NCBI GenBank assembly: GCA_964016885.1
Contig: OZ024745.1
Span: forward strand, 48,608,001 to 48,672,000
Reading direction: 5' to 3'
From: Eledone cirrhosa
Taxonomy: Eukaryota
DNA length: 64,000 nucleotides
A program made the position numbers and the translations under genes. Below are positions 26,850 through 38,678 of the stretch, piece by piece (the stretch's first letter is position 1; each line of letters begins with the position of its first letter). A model generated the notes under the pieces. It saw only the letters and a program-made list of their open reading frames with translations, did not search any database and had not been told where the DNA came from.

Positions 26850-27238
26850 CGAGAGCAATCCCAAAAGTAAGGTCTCCTTCTGATATTGCAACTTTTCCAT
26901 TAAAATCCTGTGGATGGTGCTTCAGGAAGCCTCAGGAACCAAAATGCAGAGAGCATCCAGAGTGATCTGCCGATCTTTATGCATGTTTTCCTTGGAAGGA
27001 GACCTTACTTTTGGGATTGCCCTCTATATAATAACTGCACGAAATTCGCACTTGGCGGTAGCGTTCAATGGGAGCTTCATTCTCAACGGCTGCCAAGCCA
27101 AGATTGAGCATCCCAGCAAAGTGCACGCATGCTTGTTTGGGAGTGAAGGAAGCACCAATCACAACAGTGTTGCCAACAGCCGTACGAACAGTTTCTCTGC
27201 GTCCCCATCGCTTTGGAGACCTTACTTTTGGGATTACC

Positions 27239-27242
<4 letters not shown>
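26850..27242. mobile_element. Mariner-type MITE composite with one left and two right TIRs
   Basis: GAGAGCAATCCCAAAAGTAAGGTCTCCTTC (26851-26880) is inverted at 26995-27024 and again at 27215-27241, each followed by TA repeats. Confidence 0.82.
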
Positions 27243-27300
<58 letters not shown>

Positions 27301-28443
27301 CTACTACTACTACTACTAAAACTCTGTGATTGTGTGCTTGTCTGTAATTTAATACAGCCAAAATGGCACATAATGGGAAAATACTTTGAAAGAAAGTTGC
27401 CTCTGAAATGGGAATACAAATGGAATAATTATTGTCCATAATAACTTGCTAGTTATTGGTGTCTTGTGGTTAGAGTGTTGAGCTCATGATCTTAAGGTTG
27501 TGGATTAAATTTTCTGACCAGACAACATGTTGTATCTTTAAGCAAGATATTTTATTTCACTCAGCAGACCAGTAGCAGCTGCAGGTTAACCCTGAGCAAG
27601 TTTGGTGTCCCATCCAGAAATGAAGTGTTGCACTCACAGTTGCTTAATGTCAACAAACCCAACTTGTCTGATGAACCTCTAGGCTTGGGATCGACTAGAA
27701 AATACCTTGCTATATATAGGCTGTAGATTATCTGTGAACATCCAGTGTAGAATAACTACACCTTTTCCATGTGTGTCATAGAAGGTGATGAAAAGTGTTT
27801 ATGCAGGGAAATTGACCATAAAGCTATGCATAAAAAAAGACTGCATGGTAAGTTTGATGCTGGTTATGGGGCTCAAAAGGTTAACCCCTGCTTCAGCAGG
27901 GATAATGACTTTTAAAATGGTTGTTGCATATATAGACTATTGTTGAGAATAACAAGTTATATATATAGATTATAGACTTCTATTTATTAAAAGCTAAAAT
28001 TGATTTTTAAAAAATTATTTCCGGTTGTTTAGAGCAAATTATTTAACAGAAAGAAAAAAAAAAAACAAAGAAAAACAAAGAAATATTTATTCTATCATGT
28101 AATTAAAATATAATGAGGCATTTTGATGTAAATTAAGTCTATCTGAAGGAGGAGCAATGCATGGAGGAAAATCTCCCAAAATAAGAAAATAAGCTAAGAA
28201 ATAGTTTAGAAGGAACTAAATACTATCAAAACAGGTGCCTTCCTGCTTCTACCAGAAGTTAGTACACCAGATGTTATTCACCCTTACCATTTTGAACTGG
28301 ACTAATGAGACTGACAATTGAGATGAAATACTTCAGTTCACTTATTTTTACAACAACAATATAATGCAGCTCCCTTTATTTTTTTAATCATATCTTTTTA
28401 CATATCTGTGTAAGGGTGTTTCTTTATATATAAATGCACTTAA

Positions 28444-28511
<68 letters not shown>

Positions 28512-28639
28512 TTATATATACACATATAATACAGAAGACCCGCCTTGCCTAAGTACAAAGCGAAACCTACAGTCAGTAGGCACCTCTAACAAAAATACAC
28601 CCCCGTCCCACTACCCCCACCCCATTTACACCACCCCTT

Positions 28640-28939
28640 TCAATGTGAAGTTATGTTGGTACCACAACATCCAGTCCGAAACAAATGAGGTCGTGTAGGT
28701 GTCACAACAAAAAAACACACAGTCCATGCTGCAATGTGGCCATGTAGGTAACACGGTAAAAACCTCCCAGTCCACACTGTAAACGTGGTTGGTGTTAGGA
28801 AGGGCATCCAGCCGTAGAAAACCTGCCAGACAGTCCTATACGAGCAAGACAACCAATCTTGCCTCAAGTGGGAAAACTCCCATCCAAACCCATGCAAGCG
28901 TGGAAGATGGACGTTAAACGATGATGATGATGATGATGA
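28640..28939 (+). mobile_element. RTE 3'-UTR-derived short element (relatives at ~5960-6240 +, 7470-7690 +, 47144-47410 -, 50532-50706 -)
   Basis: Shares GTTGGTGTTAGGAAGGGCATCCAGC.GTAGAAA and AACCCATGC.AGCGTGGAAGA.GGACGT.AAACG(ATG)n with the LINE 3' end at 31840-32015. Confidence 0.8.
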
Positions 28940-29075
28940 CATATATATACACATATATATACATATATAAAATAGCTGACTGAATATGCATGTGTTTTTT
29001 CTCAAAAAAAAAAAATTCTGTCCCTTCCTCTTCTCACTATCCATCTTTCTATTTCATATTTTATTTCTTATTCTA

Positions 29076-29111
29076 TCTTCTGATGAAGGACTAGTGTCCA
29101 AAATATAAAGA
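29076..29111 (+). ncRNA. Decayed minimal hammerhead motif
   Basis: TCTT-CTGATGA-A-GGAC(TAGT)GTCC-AAAATATA-AAGA; reverting CpG-type changes gives ...GTCCGAAACGTAAAGA. Confidence 0.5.
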
Positions 29112-29231
29112 CTCTTTTCCTATTAAATCTAGTATTAAACTAATATATTTCTTCAAACGGACGTAAAATGATGATGATGATGATGTGTCATTTGCTTTGT
29201 TATTTCTGTTTACTTTTTACATATATATATA

Positions 29232-29391
29232 TAGATGTAGTTCCATAACAGTTAGTTCACCATTACCGAGAACAATTGTTTCACCTCATTCGGATCATCA
29301 ATTCTTAGACCAGTCTGAGAGCTGATGATCCAAATAAGGTGAAACAGTTGTTCTCGGTAATGGTGAACTAACTTTTGTAGAACTACTTCTA
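29232..29391. repeat. Imperfect palindrome, 79-bp arms and 2-nt spacer, each arm with a hammerhead-like core (probable Penelope terminal-repeat relic)
   Basis: Symmetric about 29311/29312 with about 10 mismatches, mostly transitions; CTGATGA-TCCAAATAAGGT-GAAAC-AGTT-GTT at 29322-29352. Confidence 0.85.
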
Positions 29392-29553
29392 CCAAACTTG
29401 TCCCATGGACTGAGTGCTCTACTACTACGGATATAACCCACTAGTGTTCTACTATTATATATATATATATAAATAAATATAAATATACATACATGTACAG
29501 ATGGACACACAAGGATTCATACATATACGCACTTATATATAAATATAATATAA

Positions 29554-32015
29554 TGGGAGTTCCTAAAAAATAATTTACTAGAGGCGACGGATGAGGTCTG
29601 TGGCTGGAGTAAGACCTCAAGCAGGAGGAGAGTGACTTGGTGGTGGAACAATAAGGTAGATGAAGCAGTTAAGGCCAAGAGACAGGCATGGAAAGAATGG
29701 AAGAACGGGGGGAGCAGGGTACATTACATAGAGACCAAGAGGGAAGCTAGGCGACAAGTATACTTAGCTAGGAGGGAAGCAGAGGATAGAAAATTCAAGC
29801 ATGTTTTACAACGTGAGGACCAGAAACAGGAGGTATTCAAGATTGCAAGGCAGTGTGTCAGAGATAGTTGTGATGTCATTGGAGAGAAGTGTATCCGGAA
29901 TGATAAAGGTGAGCTTGCCCTCACAAGTGCTGAGAAGAAAGATGCATGGAAGAGTCATTATGATAGATTACTAAATGAGGAGAATGCATGGGAAGAAGAG
30001 ACCCTACCCCAAGTAGACCCTATAGAGGGACCAGCAGTACAAGTCAGCAGCAGCGTAGTAAGTAAGGCAATCAAAGATATGAAGATGGGGAAGGCAACCG
30101 GTCCATCGGGTATAGCTGCCGAGATGCTGAAGGCATCTGGGTCTGTAGGTCACACTATAACCACACGTATCGTTAACCAGGTAATACTAGAAGGGGCCAT
30201 ACCAAAAGATTGGTGCAGTAGCATCATTGTCAACTGCTACAAAGGTAAAGGCGATGCACTAGATAGAGGAAACTATAGAGGTATAAAGTTGATGGACCAG
30301 GTCATGAAAGTAACAGAAAGAGTTATAGCACAGCTGATTAGGGACCGGGTGAATATAGACGAGATGCAATTTGGGTTTGTACCAGGAAGAAGCACCACTG
30401 ATGCCCTCTTCCTTGTGAGGCAATTACAGGAAAAGTACCTAGCTAAAAGTAAGCCACTCTACTTGGCATTTGTCGACCTTGAGAAAGCCTTTGACAGAGT
30501 TCCACGTGCTGTAATCTGGTGGGCTCTTAGAAAACTAGGAGTAGATGAATGGCTTGTGAAAGCGGTACAAGCCATGTATAGGGGAGCAGTCAGCAAAGTT
30601 AGGATTAGCAATGAGTATAGCGAGGAATTTAGCGTACAGGTTGGGGTCCACCAGGGCTCTGTTCTTAGCCCTCTCCTGTTCATCATAGTCCTGCAGGCAA
30701 TAACGGAGGAGTTTAAGACCGGATGCCCATGGGAACTCCTGTATGCTGATGACCTCGCACTCATAGCTGAATCTATGGTAGAACTAGAGAATAAATTCCA
30801 AACCTGGAAGCAGGGACTAGAGAGAAAGGGTCTCAAAGTCAACATGACCAAGACTAAGGTCCTTGTAAGTAGACGAGAAAACAGAACCCAGATCCCCTCG
30901 GGGAAATGGCCTTACTCAGTATGAAGGAAAGGTGTAGGTAGGAACTCCATTCTCTGCCCCAAATGCAAACAATGGGTACACAAGAGATGTAACGGGATCT
31001 CAGGAAGCTTAATTAAGAATGTAGGATTCACATGCAGCAGCTGTGCGGAAACAGCAATCAGCAAACAGCCACAGGAAACAAGTACCACCAATCTCTGGGA
31101 GGGCCCTGTAGAAACAGTAGACAGCTTCTGCTACCTAGGTGACCGAATTAGCAACGGAGGTGGGTGTTCAGAAAGTACAATAACTAGGGTAAGAACGGGA
31201 TGGAAGAAGTTTAGGGAACTACTACCACTGCTAGCTGCAAAAGGCTTCTCCCTCAGAATGAAAGGCAGACTGTATGATGCGTGTATCCGAACAGCGATGT
31301 TGCATGGTAGTGAGACCTGGGCGCTGAAGGTGGAAGACTTACGTAGATTAGAGAGAAACGAAGCCTGCATGCTCTGATGGATGTGTAACAGTAATATACG
31401 TGAACGACAAAGCATAAATGAATTGAGAGAGAGACTGAGCACAAGAGGAATCAAATGCTGTGTGCAGGAGAGGCGGTTGCGCTGGTATGGACATGTGATG
31501 CGTATGAAGGATGACAGCTGCATAAAAAGGTGCAGAGCACTAGAAGTTGATGGAAACCGCGGAGTGGGGAGACCCAAGATGACCTGGGATGAGGTGATAA
31601 AAGCCGACCTTACCCAATTACACCTCTCAAAGACAATGACACACGACCGTGACTTCTGGCGTCACGCAGTAATACAGGGTACCCGACCTCCCATGGGTAC
31701 ATGCTGAAGCATATAAACAATATGCCCCCACACCCCCCACCGCAAGGTGGTCGTGGAGGTGCCACGGCAAAAAAGCACCCAGCCCACACTGTAAAGTGGA
31801 CGTGTAGGCGCCACGAAAAAGCACCCAGCACTCACTGTAAATGAGGTTGGTGTTAGGAAGGGCATCCAGCTGTAGAAATCAAGCCAGATCAGTTCCTGTA
31901 TGAGCAAGGCATGGTCAGCCGACCAGACACTGCCCACAACAGGACAACCCGTCTAACCCATGCTAGCGTGGAAGAACGGACGTAAAACGGTGATGATGAT
32001 GATGATGATGATGAT
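29554..32015 (+). mobile_element. RTE-clade LINE, 5'-truncated, RT pseudogene with 3' UTR and (GAT)n tail
   Basis: One frame from 29554 to 31707 with two stops (30922-24, 31375-77). Motifs NYRGIKL, QFGF..GRSTTDA, FVDLEKAFDRV, GVHQGSVLSPLLF, LYADDL, FCYLG, LHGSETW, RRLRWYGHV, GRPKMTW. No endonuclease domain present. Confidence 0.95.
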
Positions 32016-33720
32016 AGTGGCAACATGACTGTGTGATTCAGGAAATTGCTTTGCAGTCATGAGGTTCTAGATTAATTTCCAATGCATGGCATGTTAGACA
32101 TCTTTTACTATAACTGCAAGTTAAATAATACCTTGAAAGTAGAATTTGGTAGACAGAGACAGTTCAGAAATCCATTGTGTGTATGTGTGTGTGTATTTAT
32201 ATATAATTATCACTGCTCTGCCATCTTTGCAATATATTTATTCTTCTTCCTACTTCACCCAATCCTATCCATTCCTACTCCCACCCATAGGGTAGAGAGG
32301 ACTCGTCAGTCAAATCAATGACCAGCAACCGTCCTAGTGTGGTTTGTATTAGGAAGAGACCTTAGTCACAGAAACTATGGTTTAACACCACCAACTGGCT
32401 CTTTGGCACCTTTAGTAGAATTCACTCTGTTGCAAGCATTCAGATCAGGTCTTCAGTTTGAGAATATCCCCTTTCCTCTTCTACAAGTCACAGAAGCCCT
32501 GAAAAAGGTCCTGACAACTATTGTTACTTCCCTGACTAAACAATAATTTTTTTCTTCCTTGTTTTATAAATTCACTTCAAAACAATTGGTTTGGCAGCAG
32601 TATCAGCTAAATTAGTGATTATCTCTTCTTTTAATTCTTTAACCTGTTTATAACCATATTTAAAAGGAAATCCATTTTGAAAATAATTAAGAATTTGGAG
32701 GAATTCAGTGATCTAGCTAATATTTTTATATTATGAAGTTGCTGTTTGTACCATGAAATATTCTTACATAAAATGAAACTTTATTGGTTGATCTAGTTAT
32801 ATGATCAACAGAACAGCCAGCTCATGAAACTAGTATACGAGTAGCTGACCATTTCACAGATGTGTGTACCTTTAATGTAATTTTCCAAGGGAGATTCAGT
32901 ATGACACAGTCTGTGACAATGTCGGCCCTTTTAATTACAGGTACAATTCATCCAATGGGCTTCCAAACAGGTTCAGCCTACTCAATTTCACTCACACAAT
33001 TTGGGTCGAGCTGAGGCTATGGTAAATGACACTCACCCAAGATGCTATGCAGTAGGATTGAACCTGGGACCCATTGATTGTGAAGCAAACTTCTTAAAAA
33101 TTCACTCATGCTGGGAGGTTTTGATATAAATATGAACACTATAAAATGGGCAGGTTTTGTATAACAGAGCCAGAGGTGGTTTCGAGCAGGCTGGTATCAA
33201 AAAGTTAAATGCACTTATCCTAGTTTTAAATTTACTATAAACCTACACAAAAACAGCCTTCAAAGTTTTCAGATAATCTTTAATTATGGAGAGGAGTTTT
33301 CTCTTCTCTGTTCAGTTGTAGATCTTGGATAGCTCAAAGAAAGTTTTAACCCACATCCCAAACAGTTTAACTTCAGATCTTCTTATTATATAATCATGCT
33401 ACTTGAACTTCAAAGATAGTCAAAATTAAGTTTGTGAGTTAGAATTATCACTTTATATCTATTTTTCTATGGGGTAGGGGGGAGTTGAGCCACTAAGAGT
33501 ACAAAACTACCTCCTAGACAGGTCACCAGTTCACCCTAGAACTCACCCTTAGCTGCTGCCAGTACTAATTTTAAGCTGAATGAACTGGAGCAACATGAAA
33601 TGAAGTGCTTTATTGAAGGACGTAACACATTACACACCGCCTTATGATCATGAGACAACATCAAAAACCACAAGGTCACGTGCTGTCACAAGCTAGAAAT
33701 GTATTATTTTCAACTTTTAA

Positions 33721-33960
33721 CCCTTTTGATATCAACTTACTTGTGACTGCCTTATTTCATTGAAAAAAAACCATGTTCATATTTAAATTTAATTTTATGT
33801 AAATTTAATTTTATGTAAGAACTCTTTTGTTACATATATTCTAAATACAGTTTTAATGAAAAAGTTATTTTATTAACAGCCTCCAAATTCTTATTATTTA
33901 CAAAATTAATTGAAATACATTCATTGTATTAATTTCATGAGAAGTATGGTAATGACAGGG
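33721..33960. mobile_element. piggyBac-type MITE, second family (relatives at ~4990-5250, 5811-6327, 32640-33208, 41630-41835, 45457-45815)
   Basis: TTAA-CCCTTTTGATA...TAATGACAGGG-TTAA; shared internal AAAATTAATTGAAA...ATGGTAAT block. Confidence 0.7.
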
Positions 33961-34001
33961 TTAACATTCATAACACTTACCTTTGTATTGTTTCGTTGAA
34001 G

Positions 34002-34124
34002 GTGGTCTTTGTGATGACTGGAGACTGTGGTGATGTCAGTCATCAAGGCTACAGAGTATATGAAGAAATTGCCTCAACTAGCTCAGGCCAAGTATTTTTG
34101 CTAAAGAAATCCCAAGTAAACCAG
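34002..34124 (+). CDS. HMCN1: Hemicentin internal exon (C-terminal part of VWA domain), 123 bp, phase 0-0
   Basis: Acceptor ttgtttcgttgaAG, donor GTatgt. Translates [41 protein letters not shown], closely matching the hemicentin VWA segment VVFVLTGDC...[16 protein letters not shown]. Symbol denotes family (HMCN1/2 co-ortholog). Confidence 0.93.
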
Positions 34125-34503
34125 GTATGTAAATAAATTTTAATTTTGGTTCTAAATATTTCAATGTACTGAGTATTGCATGTCATTCACTCTATCTTTC
34201 TTTCTCCTCCACACACATACACTGTCTCTCTCTTTCACATACACACATATACACACACCATCTCTCTTTCATACACATACTTACTCCCTCACACACACAC
34301 TTCGTCTTTCTCTCTCTCTCTCTCTCTCACATACTCTCCCTCTTTTCTATTTGACTGTATGTCTCTCTTCCCATCCTCAGTGCAGGAGAACAATCCTTCT
34401 TTTACTTAGTAAAAAAACAAAAATAAAATAAATAATAAAATATTAGAACTGGGAAAACATTACTTTTAATTTTGCTAGCAATAAACAAATAAAATACCAA
34501 TAT

Positions 34504-35260
34504 TGGTTTCTAATTTAGGCACAAGGTCAGCAATTATATCAGCCCCAGTACTGGAAAGGAAAAGTTGTCTTAAGTAGGATTTGGACTCAGAACATAAATT
34601 ACTAGAACAAATACTGTATAGCATTTGTCTGGAGCTCTAATAATTGTTTCTACTTTTGGCACAAGGCCAGCAATTATCCCAGTGTATTACTGGTACTAAT
34701 GCTGCCAATCCAACAGCCTAATCATAAAAATAGTAATAATAATAATAATAACAACAACAACAACAACAATGGTTTCTGATTTAGGCACAAGGCCAGCATT
34801 TTGGGGGCAGGGGAAAGTCGATTAAATCGACCCCACTACATTACTAATACTTTATTTTATTGACCTCATTAAGATGAAAGGCAAAGCTAACCTCAACAAG
34901 ATTTGAACTCAACATAAAAAGATGTAATTATATATGCCATAAAGCATGTTGTTCAACGCTCTACTAATACAACAATAATGGCTTAAGATTTAGGCACAAA
35001 GACAACAATTTAAGAGAAGAGGAAAGTTGATTACATCAACTTCAGTAATTGTCTGGAACTTTATTTTATCAACTCCAGAAAAGTAAAAGGCAAAGTTGAC
35101 ATCTGCAGGATTTGAACAGAAAGCACAAAGAAACAGTACAAATGTTGTAAAGCATTGTCTTTGAGGTCCTAACAATTCTGCCAAATTCGTTACCCTTAAT
35201 AATTATTTCTAACATTGATACAAGGCCAGTCATTTGGGGGAGCGGAGGTGAGGGCAATTA
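34504..35260 (-). mobile_element. Cluster of diverged or partial SINE copies, all minus strand
   Basis: Repeated TTTAGGCACAAGGCCAGCA...GATGAAAGGCAAAG...GATTTGAACTC blocks. Confidence 0.75.
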
Positions 35261-35487
35261 TAATGACCTAGTGTTTTACTGGTTTCAGTCATTACACTGT
35301 AACCATGCTGGGGTGGTCTCTTGATTTAGTCTATCATATTAACCCCAATAATTATTTTATTGATCCCTTTTTTTTTGCTATGGTACATAAACACAGACAC
35401 AAATGATAATGTGTGTACATGCATACACACACATATATATACATATTTATATAGAAGTCGGCTATATATATATATACACACACACAT

Positions 35488-35689
35488 ATCATCATCATCA
35501 TCATCAGCATCACCGTTTTACATCCGTTCTTCCACGCTAGCATGGGTTAGATGGGTTGTCCTGTTGTAGGCAGTGTCCGGTCGGCTGACCTTGTCTTGCT
35601 TATACGGGAACTGATTCTGGCTTGATTTCTACAGCTGGATGCCCTTCCAGCTGTAGAAATCAAGCCAGAATCAGTTCCCGTATGAGCAA
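35488..35689 (-). mobile_element. RTE 3'-end fragment ending in a fold-back palindrome (35596-35689; 44-bp arms, 6-nt loop)
   Basis: 35488-35648 is the reverse complement of ~31856-32015; the sequence then inverts, with one mismatch between arms. Confidence 0.93.
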
Positions 35690-35778
35690 CATATATACAC
35701 ATATATACATATATATATATACACACACATATATATATACACATATATATATATACACACACATATATATAAATATAT

Positions 35779-35843
<65 letters not shown>

Positions 35844-37883
35844 TATATATATACATAGAGTCGACTTCTTCAGTTTCTCTACCAAATTTCTCTTATATGG
35901 ATTTGGTCAACCTGAAGTTATAGCAAAAGACACTTGCTCAAGATGCTGCACAGCAAAACTGAACCCAGAACTATATGCGGATGAAACAAACTGCTTAACC
36001 ACATGGCCATGCCTGTACCTTTGTTAAAATAATAATGATAATGATTATAAAAATAATCATTTTACGTCTACTTTCCATGCTGGCAAGCATTCGTTGGGTT
36101 GTCACAGTCGAAAATTAGACTGATCGAGGAACCATATTCTTCTTATATATTCCATATTTGGCATGGTTTGTACGAATGGATACTCTTCCTAATGCCAACC
36201 ACTTTACTGAGTGTAGTGAATGTTTTAATCATGGCACCACTACTACTATTTTACAGAGTGTACTGGGTACATTTTTCATAGGACCAGCACTACAACTTTA
36301 CTGATTGTACTGGGTGTATATGATACCAGCACTAACTAATTTACAGAGTTTTCCTAGGGGTATTTTATCATGGTGACAACACTAGAGAAGTTGTCATATT
36401 TTCAGCCAAACTGAAGTCCTCTCTACTTTATATTGTCTCTGTTTTATTGCCAATCACCTTATTTATTTATATTAAATTAATTCTTCTGTATGCCTTGTTT
36501 TGGTCCCCAAGATATTAGAACCGAAAAAACAGAAGGAAATTTATGCTAAAGGATGTATGTAGTTGATGGATGAGAATGTTGTATGAGGTAGACCGGTAGG
36601 TTGTACATATCTTTCCAAACCATAACAAAAGGGGAAGAAGTATAAAAAACAAATATTCAAGCATCTTTGCAATAGTTTTAAAGATTCTTAAGTGGGTTGT
36701 TTGACATATTTTGTTTTGGTATATTTTGATGTTTTGTTTTTTTATCACATTTCATTGATATATATCTGACTGAAGTATATGACACAACAAGCTTTTCCAT
36801 CCAATCCGATAAAGAATTTATCTTGATTTAGCTTAATTTAGTCAACTTGCTATGCATTCTATTTCCGCTCATTCTCACTTCCACACATGTACTTATACAT
36901 ATGTGTGTACTTAAACACACAGTTACACAAATACTCATTCTCTTTCAAATATGTACACCTCCCACACATTCTCTCTTTCTCTTTTTCACACATGCTCATA
37001 TAGATGCACATATATGTATGCAAGCACACACACACAAATACATATTTACCTACTCATATATTCTCTCTCTTTCAAATACATACACCTCCTACACATTCTC
37101 TCATTCAAAAACATACATACACACACCCTCTCTCACTATCGCTTTCAAACACATACACCATCTCAATCTCTCTCTTTCAAACACATACACATACACTATC
37201 TCACACACACTCTCCCTCTCTCTCAAATGCACACAATCTATCTCTCTCAAATACGTACACACATATCCATATACTCACTCTCTCTTTCCCAAACATGTAC
37301 ACACACACTCTCCTCCCCACTCTCTTTCAATCAAATAAATTGTTTAAAGAAAACTAATGTCTAAAAATATAAAAGTTATCTACCTCAACCCCGACCATAA
37401 ACATAATGTCTAGACATTAAATACACAAGTTTCTTCACTACTTATAAAAACAATGTTACCAAGCAAAATGCTGAGCATCCAGAAGAGCATTTCGTGTTAT
37501 AACCCAGCTAGATGGAAAGGAAGGGCCAGGTGTCCTGCGCCACAATTTTAAAGGGAGTCTACCCACCTCAAATTCTAGTTCTTTTATTCTGTTCTGTTAC
37601 TTGTACACTCTAAAGTCTGTCGGAAACCCTGAGACTCATCAGGCCAGTGCATATCTTGGTTTCCTTGGCGTGAAGTGATTGAGAGTACAAGATGTCCCCT
37701 GGACAGGATGCCAGTCCATGGCAGGGTTAAAATCCCAGGTACTGCTGGTACTCATTTTAGCTGAATATACTGGAGCAACATGAAAGCTGCTCAAGAATAT
37801 TGTAAAAAAAACCTGGCTTTTTTACATCAGGCACAAGGACAAATTTATACATATATATGTATAGTAATAATAATAATAATAAT

Positions 37884-38097
37884 CCCTGGCTTAGCAGTGC
37901 TACCGAGGAGCTTTGCCAGTTCGGGATAAACTCTACAGGAATGGAAGTGCCGTCAGCCGGGCATGTCCAAGATGTGCGCAGGACGACGAAACCGTCCTGC
38001 ATGCACTCGTCCAGTGTCCGAGCATTGCTGACTTGTGGGTTTATGTCGAACACCTGCTGTCGCATGTAGAACGGATCCGGCTATCAGCTGAAGACTA
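37884..38097 (+). mobile_element. Tx1/L1-clade LINE fragment (C-terminal CCHC, zf-RVT)
   Basis: LPVRDKLYR...CPRCAQDDETVLHALVQCPSIADLW; inserted after (AAT)n. Confidence 0.72.
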
Positions 38098-38175
38098 AAT
38101 CCAAAGAGGGGTTGATAAGGATAAATATATATCAAATATATAAGAACCATAGAGCAAATATTTAATAAATACATA

Positions 38176-38206
<31 letters not shown>

Positions 38207-38406
38207 TTGTTATTTGTTACTAATATAGTTAGACATCTCAATGAAAAGATAAAATAAAACATTTAAACATATTTAACTTAAGTCAAAATCTCGTTTGGTG
38301 GGATAAAAGCTAGATAGCCTAAAATAAGTCAGTTTCAGTTATTTAATGTCCTCAACTACAGTTATTCTTTGGAAGTGGAAAATACATTATTATAACTATA
38401 TATATT

Positions 38407-38678
38407 CGTTTCTGATTTAGGCACAAGGACAAACATTTTTGGGGAAAGAAAGGTTGATTAAATCAATCCCGTGGCTGTATCAATAGTGTCAGACAAAATG
38501 CTTTGCAGCATAGAGTTATGTCACTTCATGTTCTAATTCCAAATCCTGCTGAAGTTAGCTTTGCCTTTCATCCTTATGGGATCGATAAAATATAGTACCA
38601 GTAATGCACTGGTATCGATTTAATCAACTTTCCCCTCCCCTAAATTTTTGGCTTTGAGCTTAAATCATAAACCATTAT
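38407..38678. mobile_element. Diverged head-to-head SINE pair (short minus-strand 3' end plus longer plus-strand copy)
   Basis: GTTTCTGATTTAGGCACAAGG...GTTGATTAAATC on the left is an imperfect reverse complement of GATTTAATCAAC...CTTAAATCATAAAC on the right. Confidence 0.65.

Noticed and set aside
29632-30924. Active LINE, retron or other prokaryotic RT system
   Set aside because: Clear RTE-clade motifs, 5'-truncated without endonuclease, two in-frame stops.
35547-37364. Multiple overlapping 60-160 aa ORFs
   Set aside because: Translations of (AT)/(CA)/(CT) low-complexity DNA.
37610-37650. Minus-strand hammerhead (CTGATGA-GTCT...AGAC)
   Set aside because: A stem II-like helix is present but is followed by TTTA instead of GAAA; no stem I or III.
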